Under the pieces are notes generated by a model. The model had not been told where the DNA came from. It did no database searches and was given only the letters and a program-made list of their open reading frames with translations. DNA of 64,000 nucleotides from positions 1-64,000 of the forward strand of contig CAVYHV010000015.1 of NCBI GenBank assembly GCA_963768425.1, in the 5' to 3' direction. The DNA is from Candidatus Bathyarchaeota archaeon (lineage in GTDB: Archaea; Thermoproteota; Bathyarchaeia; Bathyarchaeales; Bathycorpusculaceae). Both the position numbers and the translations under genes were made by a program. The number at the start of each line of letters is the position of its first letter. The stretch's first letter is position 1. Shown piece by piece: positions 9,350 to 20,725 of the stretch.

Positions 9350-12317
9350 TTGTCCATTGGAATACGTTCCATGAGAACACATGTAATGCATTGCTTTGCG
9401 AAGAACTCCGCAATTTGGGGATTGAAGCTTTTTTGAAGAACATTATCTAACTCTGTTTGGGATTAACAAACCCGATGTTCATATAATGCATAAACTATCC
9501 AACTATTTCATAGAAGGAAAACAGAAACCCAGAAAATTAGTTGATGCTGTTAGTAAAGCCTACACCTACAAACAGAAGCTTAGTTCTGCTTCTCCTAAAG
9601 TCGTTTTCGCCGTCCTGTACCCTACAGACTGCATTGGTTCTTGTGACGCCGCAGCCTTGCTGGATGCTTATCCTTTCTATATAACATACAATGCAAAATC
9701 CTTGAAGGACTTAGCCCAATGGATTCATAATCTGATTACTGTACCACCTGTTACGTTCGAAATTAACACTACCGACGCAATCAATTTGCTAAGAGAAGCT
9801 GTGAATACCATATCTGAGACTTTCGCAGGGGTTGAGGCAAAAGATGTAGAAGAGATTTTTGGCGGTTCGCTGTTTTTTGAGACTGTCTTAGGAGTAAAGG
9901 AAGAAAAAGAGATTCCAGTTCAGTACCTTAGAGAGGCTGCTTCTTATTTATTGACTAATCAAATTCTTTTCTACCAAATCTTAGCTAAAGAGAAGAAGGA
10001 ATTAATCAGATACAAATCAATTGATGCTGAAGGATTAAAATCACTATCGGAATTGCAACTAAAGTATTTCTCAAAGGTGCTGCTTGAAGACTATAAACCT
10101 ATTTTTGGCTTTGATATCGCCTCAAAAATCAATGTAAAGAAAGGGCTGGAAGCAATTAAGGTAACAATCGATTCTGTTAACGCCTTGTCACCTGGAGCCT
10201 TGGGTCACGATATTCTTGGAAAAATATTCCATAATTTGATTCCTTTTAATTGCGAAAAGTAGTGGCAGCTTATTATACAAATGTTCAAGCTGGAGAGATT
10301 TTAGCAACCCTAGCAATTAACGAACCGGAAGTAAAAGTCCTCGACCCAGCCTGTGGTTCAGGTACTCTGCTTGTATCTTCTTATCAAAGAAAGAAACACC
10401 TGATTGAAAAGAAGAAAAAATTCAATTTCAAAGACCATAAGCGATTTCTTTGAAGAAGAAATAACTGGTATGGATATCATGCCTTTTGCGGCTCATTTGG
10501 CGGCAGTTCATCTTTCTCTTCAAGCTCCCCTTTATGCTACTGATTTCCTAAGAGTGGCAATTCATGATGCAACTGGACTTAAACCAGGAACCACTATTTT
10601 GCCAGCGAAAAATCTCTTAAAGAAGCATTCAAGCAAAAAAAGATTGTTGAAATCTATTCTAACCCAGCGATAGAAGAGAAGAAAAAGGTTCTTGTTGGGG
10701 GAGTCTCTCTTTCAGACGAAGGTAGACCTCGACCAATAGAACTCACAAAAGTTAACCTTGTAATCATGAATCCACCCTTTACAAGATACCAGAGGATACC
10801 TACTCCCTACAAGAGGGTGCTAATGTCACGATTTCAGAAGCAAAATACAAAGAGTGCTTGCACGGTCAATTAGGTTTACACGGCTACTTTCTTTTGCTTG
10901 CAGATAAATTTGTAGAAAATGACGGAAGAATTGCTGCAGTACTACCCATTACTACATTGTCGGCAAAGGGCTTGTATCAGGTTCAAAATCTCTTGCTCAA
11001 AAACTATGATATTGAGCATTTAATCGTTTGTGAAGGTAGGTTTGCCTTCTCAGAGAATGTCCTAACAAGGGAAATCCTCCTAGTCGCCAAGAAAACCAAA
11101 ACCAAGGAAAACAAAATAGCTGTCTCGGTCCTCAGAGTATCACCCAGCACTCTTTCGATAGGAGAAGCACGTTCACAGGGGAAACGCTAAAAGAACTTAG
11201 GGAAAACAACCAAATTGGGACAACGATAAACCAGGAGAAATATTTGTTCAGATTATTGTCGCAAAAAAACATCGCAAAGAACAAGAGGAGTCTTTTTAAA
11301 GCAATTTCAATGTATCGAAAGGAAATTATTGTGCTATCTGACAGAATTGGAAAACTCTTTGAACAATCAGCAAAGTCAACAACATTTGGTAAATATCTAA
11401 AGGTTTCCAGGGGTGAAATACATGAAAGCCCCAGGGGGATAGAACGCTTAGGCTACTACGGGTTGTCGATTGTCAGTAAAGAAAACCGTGCTTTGAAAAA
11501 ACACGACTTTTGGTTTGTGGAGCAAAAAAATAAAAACAAAGTATGGGTCAAAAATCGCTTTTCGCACCTGACATTCGAAATACCTGAAAATTGTCTTGCC
11601 CCAAACATTAGACGCTATGCAGGACTCTTGAATTTTGATATTAGCGATGCAACGGATTACACGCTAATTAAACCCTTTGATAAGCTTGATGAGTTCCTGA
11701 ATGCCAGCGATATCAAAGAAGAAGAAAGAAAGCAGGCACTCAAGAACATTCGCAACGGACAATGGGAACAATTTGTCAAAGAACACTCCTCAAATCTGGC
11801 TCTATTCTATAGAATGGATATAACAGGAACTGGGACACATAATTTATCATTCTTCTCAGATAAGAAAATGTTCTTTGGTGGCTCTCTGTGGAATATAGAA
11901 CTCAAAGATATTACTCAAAACAAACTGCTTTGTCTTTGGTTCAACAGTACACTAAACTTGTTCCAAGTTCTTATTGAACGAAAAGAAACCCGTGGCGGGT
12001 GGATTTGGCTTGACAATTACGTACTAACAGAGTTCGCAATGCCTGATTTAACAGCGTTACCAAAAAATGAATGCGAAAAGTTGTTGAACATATTTGAATC
12101 TCTCGGTGAAACAGACATGCCAAGCATACTAACACAACTTCAAGAAAAAAACCTCAATAGAATGAGAATTGACAAAGCATTTCTGCACATACTAGGTATG
12201 CCCGAAAAAGAGACTGCGGCTTTCTTAAACGAATTGTACAATGTAATAACACAAGAAATAAGTATGCTGAGAGAGGTAATGGCTGAAGGAAATCCCCATC
12301 GGGAAGCGGATTCATAG
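9350..12317 (+). CDS. Type IIG-like fused restriction endonuclease / N6-adenine methyltransferase, multiply frameshifted
   Basis: N-terminal KPDV...IEGK nuclease motif; motif I VLDPACGSGTLL; motif IV IMNPPF near 10765; long C-terminal specificity region. Confidence 0.85.
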
Positions 12318-12370
12318 AATCCATTAGATATAACTAAAAAGTAAAATAAAAGTAAAATCAAAGAAATGTG

Positions 12371-12757
12371 TTAGTTCCGCAAGCTGTTGTCTAAAATCTT
12401 AAAAAATCGTGCATAACTGTTCGCTTCCTTTTCTTCAATTCTGTTTTGTAACTCAATCCTTTTAGCGTCGACAAGATGATGATACAACTCGTGCAGCACA
12501 ACACGTTTTTTTAGGCCCTCTCTTGTAAAATACGCTTTATTCTTGAAGTACACTCCGTAGCATCTTTTGGAAACTCTGCGCCCATCAAGAATAATTCTCA
12601 TCCTTCTGATGCCATAGTATTTAGTTAAGAAATCTAAAGCTTTTTGGCATCCTTCAAGCTCGTAAATAATTAGGAATTTCTCTCGAACTCTCTTTAGAGG
12701 GAGCTTTACACTTAGAGCAACTGAAGAAGACTTTCGAGTCTTCCGCATAGCGAACAC
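12371..12757 (-). CDS. Small basic HExxH protein (zincin/SprT-like)
   Basis: VVLHELYHH...EEKEANSYA. Confidence 0.6.
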   Translation of the reverse strand: MFAMRKTRKSSSVALSVKLPLKRVREKFLIIYELEGCQKALDFLTKYYGIRRMRIILDGRRVSKRCYGVYFKNKAYFTREGLKKRVVLHELYHHLVDAKRIELQNRIEEKEANSYARFFKILDNSLRN

Positions 12758-12875
12758 CTACTTTAGTTCTGCGATTCTTGGATTCCAGACTTTCTTTTCA
12801 GAAAACCTTCTAAAACCTCATGCAATGCCCAAATAGCTTATCAGCCAAATTGCAGAAAAAGTGCATGTGCGACGT

Positions 12876-13432
12876 TTACTCGCATTTTTTTCCTTTCAGG
12901 AGACTGTTCTGCATTTCAACAATTTCAGCGCTGTTTTTTGTCGTCACGTAATTGTCAAGGAGCATGCCGTTTAACTCGAAAAACGTGTGTCCCCAAGTAA
13001 AAATTGATAGAAGGTCTTCCGACTCTTTTTGGAAACCTGCAATGTACAATGCAGCCGCAATTGCTTCTGCGGTGGTCAGCTTCGTTAGTTTTCCAAAGTT
13101 AACGGGGTTGCCTGCTATAAGGATGGGTAAGCATCGGCTGGTTCCTTTAACGTGTTCTCCCATGACTTTTTGGGCGTGTTCCCAACTGCAATCCAATGCA
13201 GCCAACCCGAACTGCGAAAGCCGCTCTCTATCCGCGGGCGAAAACGCGATTTCACCGAAAGGGTTGAGACAATGGCCCGTTTTGGCAAAAACCTTACCTT
13301 GGTAACTATTCTCGCGAACCCGCGTCGTTTTAGCCTAAGGGCTGTGTTTTTTTTAGGGTCATCCTGGGCAGCATGATAAATAGTAATCCTGACTGGCAGG
13401 TCGGGTTTTGGAGCTTCGGAGTCAATTTCCAC
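12876..13432 (-). CDS. tsr3: rRNA aminocarboxypropyltransferase Tsr3 (DUF367), frameshifted
   Basis: DDPKKNTALRL, ALDCSW, LIAGNPVNFG, LTTAEAIAAAL, FTWGHTF. Confidence 0.92.
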
Positions 13433-14959
13433 TTGGGCGTCGCACCTTTTGGTGGCTCATTGGGTCATCGAAAACTTGTGGAATCCAATCAATAATGTCT
13501 GTTGCAACCATGTGAAAACCCAGCTCATTCTCGGCAAAATCGCCTGCTGCCCCATTTACAAACGCTCCTGCTGCTGCAGCTTCAAACGGATCAACGTTCT
13601 GAGCCATTAAACCGCTAACGATGCCGCTGAGAACATCGCCTGTGCCGCCAACTGTCATGCCGGGGTTCCCTGTGAAATTCAATTTGATCCGGTCTTGGCT
13701 GCAAATGTAGTCAACTTTTCTCTTGACAAGAACCACAGCGCCGAGCTTTGTGGCGGTTTTCTGTATGGCCAAGGCTCGATCATCTTGGTTTTCAGGCAAA
13801 GTCTCGCCCGTGAGTATTGTGTACTCGGCTGTGTGTGGTGTAAGAACAAGCGGCACTTTCAGCGGGCGTTTGAATTTGGCGAATGCTTTGAGTCCGTCAG
13901 CGTCCAGAAGCAACGGTTTTCCAGCCCGCTCAACCTCTTCAACGCAGAGCTTTACGAAGTCGACTGTTTCAGGGTTCAAACCCAAACCGGGACCTAACGC
14001 AACGGCATTAACCATACCTAAGTACGGCTTCAACGTTTCCATATCGCTCGGAACAATGTTGTCGCCCTCAAGTTTAACCGTGATCAGGTCAGGGGACATC
14101 GAAGAAATCGCGTACGCTGTTTTTGAGGGAGCTGCCAGATAAACAATATCGACTCCCGTGCGCATGGCGCCCAATGAAACTAAAGTGGGTGCTCCAGAGT
14201 AAACTTCGCTTCCCCCGATGACTAGCAGCCGACCGGAATCGCCTTTGTGAGCATTCGGGCTCCGAGGCAACTCACGAGGTAAACGTCGCCGGACCCGTGT
14301 ACTGCTCCATTTCCATAGGCAATCCAATGTGGTTTTACTACGAGTTCGCCGACGTATTTTTTGGCTTTTTCCAACCCTGCCTTTGACCGGTGAAAAGTGA
14401 TGGTTAAATCGGCTTTCACCGCAACGCCCAAGATGTCTCCTGTGTCTGAGTCTATCCCCGTGGGCACGTCAACAGCGATTTTGAAAGCATCCGAAGCATT
14501 GATGACATCGACTACCTGACTTATCGGTGGCTTAATTTTTCCCGTGGTCCCTGTTCCCAGCAGAGCATCTACGACGACGTCAGCCTGTAACTTTGGGATA
14601 CCTGAGCTGTCAGTTACTTCTACTAATGGAATGTTGTTCTTCAGGGACTGGAGTATAGTTAAGTTTCTGAGTGCTGCTTCATGGCTGATATCTTTGGTTC
14701 TACCCGCAACAACAACGGACACATGGTAACCAGCTGCCAAAAGATGTCTGGCCGCGACAAAGCCGTCACCGCCGTTTCCGCCTAAACCACAGTAAACAGT
14801 GACCCTTTTGTTTTTAGGAAAACGTTCTGTGACTTCTTGAGCAACACTGCTTCCCGCATTCTCCATAAGTTGAAGCAGGCTTACGCCATAGTATTCAGCG
14901 TTAGCTTCTAAGGCGCGCATTTCTCGGCTTGTGATTGGTTTTTTGTTTTGCATTTTCAT
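13422..14959 (-). CDS. nnr: Bifunctional NAD(P)H-hydrate epimerase/dehydratase (YjeF), frameshifted
   Basis: LMENAG, GNGGDG, DALLGTG, VDVPTG; HKGDSG, GPGLG, DADGL, LTPH, GGTGDVLSG. Confidence 0.93.
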
Positions 14960-15005
14960 GCCTATGTTTTATTGAGTGCAAGTTAAAAGATAAGCCTTGC
15001 TAAGC

Positions 15006-15029
15006 CGTATACAAAAGCATCACCAAAAC
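15006..15029 (+). promoter_or_regulatory. 24-bp dispersed intergenic motif, copy 1 of 5
   Basis: CGTATACAAAAGCATCACCAAAAC; other copies at 18878-18901(-), 21565-21588(+), 25517-25540(+), 26141-26164(-). Confidence 0.6.
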
Positions 15030-15233
15030 ACACTAAATAACACCCAACTTGGCCCGACGGCTTTACCTTTTTTGCTTTTCATCAACGCACGCTGGCTGTC
15101 CCTTAATTAACGCTTATTTTGGAAGAAAAGACAAGGCAGTTTCACCGACATTTTTCAACACTTAGTATCGGAGGCAGCGCGCTTTAGAAACACGCTTAAG
15201 TATGTTGAACAACAAAATATTAGAGGTGCTGCA

Positions 15234-16580
15234 GTGAACAAGCAATCCGTTGCACTTGTCATCGTGGTTAGTTTTGTGGCTGCATTTATTGCTTCCAATC
15301 TTGCGCCTACAGCTTTCGCAGATGACTGGCCGATGTTTCAGCATGACTTGTCACATACTGGATACTCAACTTCGGCGGCACCGCTCACAAACCAAATTCT
15401 TTGGAGCTTTGCAGCCTCCGATATATCTGCGTCTACCGCTTCAGTTGCAAACGGCATAGTCTACGTTGGTGGAAGTACTAACATGTATGCCATAAATGCT
15501 GCAAATGGAATTCAATTATGGAACTACACTGGCGAGCCTGTCAGTGGAGGTTTTTCTATTTTTGCCCCAGCAGTAGCAAATGGCATGGTCTATGCCGGCA
15601 ATGGAGACGGCAGTCTGTATGCTTTTAACGCGTTAACGGGCTCACTCTCCTGGGTGTACCAAACTCTCAGCAGCGGCATAGGGTCTCCTTCTGTTGTTAA
15701 CGGCATAGTCTACATTGGTTCAGGCGACTTCAACGTATATGCTCTCAATGCAACCACTGGCACTGTGATATGGAACTATACAACAGGAAACCAAGTATAT
15801 TCTTCTCCTGCACTTGCAAACGGGATCCTTTACATAAGCTCATACGACGGAAATGTGTACGCTCTAAACGCTGCGGACGGCAAGGTAATCTGGAAATTTT
15901 TAGCCTATAACGTGAAGGGAACTGAAGCTATACCAAGTTCTCCAGCAGTCGCAGATGGTATAGTCTACGTGGGTTCACCAAACGATAACGTCTACGCCTT
16001 GAATGCAAGCAGCGGGGTGCAACTCTGGAACTACACGACTGGGGGCGGCGTCGATGATTGTCCCGCCGTTGCTAACGGTGTAGTCTACTTTGGTTCAGGT
16101 GATGACAATGTGTATGCTTTAAATGCCGCCACAGGCGCGTTGATTTGGAATTATTCTACTGGCGCTCCAGTGGGTTCTAATCTCGCTGTTTCAAACGGGA
16201 TGGTTTACGTCTGCTCAGTTTCATCAGCCCCTTTCCCCTACAGCGGACAGATCCCACTTAAGGGAACCCTTTATGACCTAAATGCGACAACAGGTAAAAA
16301 CATATGGAGCTTCGTTAATCAAGAGTCGCAATTGTCTTCCCCAGTAATTGCGGGCGGGGTACTTTACATAAGCTCTGACGGCTACCTCTACGCCTTCGGT
16401 ACTCAATACACCCCGTCGCCTTCGCCGAGCCCAACTTCAACTCCCTCGCAAACAACGCCACTCTCTCCTTCGCCTACCCCTTCCGTTCCAGAGTTTCCAG
16501 TGTTGATGATTCTGCCACTTTTTGCAGTAGTAATATTGCTATCATCTATATTTGTCAAAAAGAGAATACACAAAAAATAG
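15234..16580 (+). CDS. Secreted PQQ-like beta-propeller protein with PEF-CTERM archaeosortase signal
   Basis: Signal peptide, WPMFQHD, repeated SSPAVxxGxVY...YALNAxxG.W; P/S/T linker, VPEF, TM helix, basic tail. Confidence 0.9.
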   Translation: MNKQSVALVIVVSFVAAFIASNLAPTAFADDWPMFQHDLSHTGYSTSAAPLTNQILWSFAASDISASTASVANGIVYVGGSTNMYAINAANGIQLWNYTGEPVSGGFSIFAPAVANGMVYAGNGDGSLYAFNALTGSLSWVYQTLSSGIGSPSVVNGIVYIGSGDFNVYALNATTGTVIWNYTTGNQVYSSPALANGILYISSYDGNVYALNAADGKVIWKFLAYNVKGTEAIPSSPAVADGIVYVGSPNDNVYALNASSGVQLWNYTTGGGVDDCPAVANGVVYFGSGDDNVYALNAATGALIWNYSTGAPVGSNLAVSNGMVYVCSVSSAPFPYSGQIPLKGTLYDLNATTGKNIWSFVNQESQLSSPVIAGGVLYISSDGYLYAFGTQYTPSPSPSPTSTPSQTTPLSPSPTPSVPEFPVLMILPLFAVVILLSSIFVKKRIHKK

Positions 16581-16754
16581 CCCTACTTTTCGAGTACGCT
16601 TAACTCATTTGATACGGGACCCCACTTCTCAAAATAAGCTTTTCAATTTCGGGACAAGCCAGCGCTCTCGCAAAAGGTTTATCCAATAGTTTCACGCTAG
16701 TAATTTAGAATTCTGAATAGATTTAACCTAAACAGCATTTTATGAGGTACCTGT

Positions 16755-17477
16755 TTGAACAAAACCTACAATATATCAAGTGACGATGCTCTTTTGATAA
16801 CTGACATCCAAAACGATTTTCTGCCCGGCGGTGCGCTACCCATTCCTGGCGGAGACGAAATTGTGCCCGTTCTGAATGGATATGCAAGAATTTTTAAAGA
16901 CGCTAAAGCACACGTTTTTGTCTCCAAGGATTGGCATCCCCAAAATCATTGCTCCTTTAAACTGCAGGGTGGTCTTTGGCCCCCGCATTGTGTCCAAGAT
17001 ACCCCAGGCGCAGAATTCAGCCCTGATCTCAAACTGCCCAAAGATGCAGTAGTTGCTTTCAAAGCCACTGATCCTATGCGGGAGAGCTATTCAGTATTTG
17101 ACGGAACAACCTTCGCCAAAGAGTTGAAAGAACGCTGCATAAAGCGACTTTTCGTGGGAGGCTTAGCGACTGACTACTGTGTCTTAAACACGGTTCTTGA
17201 TGCACGCAAACTCGGTTACGAAACGGTGGTTCTTATGGATGCAACACGTGGCATTAACGCGACTCCCGGAGACGTTGACAGGGCAGTGGAATCGATGCTT
17301 AAGTGCGGCGCTTTGCAGGCGACCGCCGCTGATTTCCCAGATGCTGTTGACACCCTGTCAATAGATGAGACGGATGCTGACCTCTTGGAAGATAAGCCGG
17401 TTGGAAAAGCTGACGTGAAAAAGAAGGCTCGGATGCGGTCTCGCGGGTCTGCTAAGAGGCTTCCAACTGAGAGGTAA
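16755..17477 (+). CDS. pncA: Nicotinamidase/pyrazinamidase (isochorismatase family)
   Basis: DIQNDFLPGGAL, DWHP, WPPHCVQ, GLATDYCV. Confidence 0.9.
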   Translation: MNKTYNISSDDALLITDIQNDFLPGGALPIPGGDEIVPVLNGYARIFKDAKAHVFVSKDWHPQNHCSFKLQGGLWPPHCVQDTPGAEFSPDLKLPKDAVVAFKATDPMRESYSVFDGTTFAKELKERCIKRLFVGGLATDYCVLNTVLDARKLGYETVVLMDATRGINATPGDVDRAVESMLKCGALQATAADFPDAVDTLSIDETDADLLEDKPVGKADVKKKARMRSRGSAKRLPTER

Positions 17478-17918
17478 GGCTGATTTTCTTCGAAGCACGG
17501 CGAACCTTATATAATCATAGCGTTGAATCGCTAAAGGAACGCCTTCTTCAGCTTTGGCTCAAGACTGTGGTCGCAAAATGGGTTAATGTTGGAGTATCTT
17601 AGTGGTCAAACCCGAGAAAGACCTCAAATACGGCTTTTGAAAAGCACTAAAGTGCTATTCTAAGGACCTTTACGGCGGCATTCACGCTTTCATCTCCAAA
17701 GCTTTGCACTTTCTTTTTAAATTGACTCAACGAAAGATCATCGAATGGTAACTTTTAACAATAAATAGTTAAAAAATTAAGTCTGCTTGCTGTAAATTAT
17801 CATTAAAACAATTAAAAAGATGATTGTGCAGTGTTTCTCTATTGATGATTAGGCGAACTAATCAAGAAACTCAAGAAAAGTAACAATTAAGCTAAAGGGG
17901 AGCAAATACCTGCGGTTT

Positions 17919-18344
17919 TTATTGTTCACCCATGACCTGGATGATAACAGTTCGCTTTCGCGGGTAAACATCTGTCTCAACAAAGAACAATGATTGCCAT
18001 GTCCCAAAGGTGACTTGACTATTGACTATCGGCAAGGTCTTGTCTGGAGGAAGAAGCATCGAACGCAAATGCGAATGGGCATTAGAAGGATGCTCGTAAG
18101 ATGCATGTTTTGGTGCAATCTCTTCAAGCAGGGCCTTGATATCGTTAAGCAGAGCATCGTCGTTTTCTGTTAAAATCAGTATGCCGGTTGCATGTGGGGC
18201 AAACACATGAACGACCCCGTTTCTTATGCTTGAAGCGGAAACTTCTTCCTGAATTTTGTCAGATAAGTCAACGAAGTCTATTTCACCCTTGGTCGTGAAT
18301 GTGACAGTTTTATTTACAACTTTAAAGGTTGACATGCTCTCCAA
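17919..18344 (-). CDS. yjbQ: YjbQ/UPF0047 family protein
   Basis: PHATG, NAHSHLRS, GTWQSLFFVE. Confidence 0.9.
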   Translation of the reverse strand: MESMSTFKVVNKTVTFTTKGEIDFVDLSDKIQEEVSASSIRNGVVHVFAPHATGILILTENDDALLNDIKALLEEIAPKHASYEHPSNAHSHLRSMLLPPDKTLPIVNSQVTFGTWQSLFFVETDVYPRKRTVIIQVMGEQ

Positions 18345-19606
18345 AACTTTATCCTGAGTTAAACTGAAAAACGTTTCTAAAGCTAATCACTCAAGAGAAG
18401 TAGCAATCTGATTGAACGGGCTTAACATTTTGCCTATGAGGTAAAGTTTGGAAAGTTCGTCTTCCGAACCCACTAAAAGCAGGTTTAAGCCGTATTCTTG
18501 CATAAAATTTGTTAAGTCTGCAGTTATTAAATTGATCATTTAGCATTTATTTGTAAAGAATGTTCATGCAACACATCTTTCGAAAATGCAGTAGACATGT
18601 TAGCCGCCCAATTCGCATCAGAAATCTCAAAATAATTTTGCCACACGCCTAAAAAAATCATTTCTTCGCAAAAAAAACGCCAGCATTATGGTTTTTTGTC
18701 CCATTCTACCTTTTTGGCGTCGTTCCCTTTGCCTTGAAAACAGGATTTTTAGTAGTGAGCTATGTTCTGTTGCGGCGTCGATCTTAATTGCCCATGTATA
18801 TTTAAGGTTCGCTCGTATTCGATCCCTCAAAGGACACCTCAGTTGAAAATTGAAAATCCTAAGATTTTCGAAAATGAGTTTTGTTGATGCTTTTGTATAC
18901 GGACGCTTGATGTGGTTACTTTGCATGGTCGCGACTGCTCAGGAATTGAGCAAGAATGGGGCAAGAACTTTCGGTCTCGTTTGTAACTATGAACGGGTTC
19001 GGTGCGCTTTTTGGGCAATAACCCGGAGGGCTTGCTTATTTCTGCCGTTAGAAAGATTCAAAATAGTTAAGAGAAAATGAATAGACCTTTTGGATGATTA
19101 GTGTGCTGTGCTGACCGATTTTCTTTGCTCTCGCAGAGAGGCTTGTGACGGGAGGTGCTATCCGGTCCGAGAGTTCTTCTTTGGTCTAGCAGTCTGTACT
19201 AAAGAATTGATTTAGGATGCGGGCAGATTCAAGCTTGTTTTGCGCGACTTCAAGCTCTAAAATTCTTTTGACGTGGAACTCAAGCCTATGCCCTAGCACT
19301 CTAAACTTATTCTACTATCTTTGTTTCTTTATTCCCGGTTTCTTAGGTTTGAAAACTCGGTTCAATTCGTTTGTGTTTCGGAAATTCCTGAACTTATTTC
19401 TCGACTTTTGAGGTTGGTGAGGTAATGGTGATCATCAATTCTTCATGCAATACATTTGTCACTACCATCACCCGAGCATATTTTCTGACCAAGCAAGCAC
19501 ATAAATGTGTAGCCTTTTGTGCCTGCTTATTGCGTGCAATAACGTTAATGGATATAAAAGATCTGGACGACTTGATTTTAGGCTGGAGGAAAGGCAACGA
19601 TTTTTG

Positions 19607-19909
19607 TTAGTGCGTCACGAGGGCTAATATTTCTGTTGTAGGTGTGCGCTTATTGCCTTCTTCTTTGATTATGAGTTTGTAAACATCACATTGCATGCAG
19701 TTTGTTAGCTTTGTTGCAAAACTTCCTTGCACTTTTCCACCGCAGAATGTTCCAGCAACAGCGTAGCAGCTTCGTCCACCGTTTCTTCCGCCATGAACTC
19801 CGTTGAGACGTAAATCATGTGCAGCTGGACACGTACCTAATTCTTTGATTTTTTCTCCACCAATTTGTCGACCGCATTTTTTAATTTCCCAACAATTTTC
19901 TTTTGCCAT
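19607..19909 (-). CDS. Two-CW-domain Cys-rich protein
   Basis: NCWEIKKCGR...CPA...GGRSCYAVAGTFCGG...CMQC. Confidence 0.8.
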   Translation of the reverse strand: MAKENCWEIKKCGRQIGGEKIKELGTCPAAHDLRLNGVHGGRNGGRSCYAVAGTFCGGKVQGSFATKLTNCMQCDVYKLIIKEEGNKRTPTTEILALVTH

Positions 19910-20059
19910 GCAATTTTCACCGAAATTGATTGACTTTAAGAATATACCGCTAGATATTTGTCATTTATGAATTCAAAAGACATAAAATTCAAGTTCCCAG
20001 TCACACCACCACAAACTTAACAGTGTCGAGGATTTAACACCAACAAACGAAAGTTGACG

Positions 20060-20725
20060 TGTATGCCTAACAGACGAAGACTTGATAGAACTAGGCAGAG
20101 GAAACTATAAGAGTAATTCACCTCAGCGCCGATTTGGCTGAACTGAGAGAGCATGAAGGAGGGCTCAACAAATTTTGTTTTAACGATTTGCCGCTTCCGG
20201 GTCCAAAGCTGTAACTTGAACTCAGGGGTTTTCAGGAAGCTCTATTCAAATAGGCTTTTCAACTGATCATACTATCCACACATCTTTGTTTCAGAGGTTG
20301 CATTTGAGTCGACAAGTTCCTGTTGAGAGTTGGTTTGCTGCTTCGTGATTAGCTCTTTATGATGGCCACAAATTAGCTGGCATATGCAAGGTCCTAAGTC
20401 ATTCTGAAAACCCATCCAGAGTTTCCAAGTTTATAGAACAATGAGAGAGCATCCAACACTCACTATCTAAAGTCGCTTTTTTGGTGAATTGAGTTTCTTG
20501 ATCGCTTGACTGAGGGGGACGGACCTGCGGGCTTTTGCAGTAAGTGATTCTGGAGAAACCAACAAGATTACTTTCCTTAAGCTGACAAGTTTGGTCCTGA
20601 GAGCTGAGCCTGCTGGATAGCCTACCTGTTTAGGCTAAAGACTTTAGGGGAGGATTTGTTCTTCGTAGTTGCACTCTTTAGTCAGGGGATTTTCTTACAC
20701 TTTCAGTTTGCAGGGGTTGCTTTTT
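20060..20725 (+). ncRNA. Candidate large structured non-coding RNA
   Basis: No ORF of 60 aa or more in 19910-20821; series of hairpins with plus-strand G-U pairs (see findings). Confidence 0.35.

Noticed and set aside
20090-20215. RNase P RNA (GAGGAAAC) or SRP RNA (GGACCCGGAAG)
   Set aside because: The rest of the conserved P4 or helix-8 sequence is missing.
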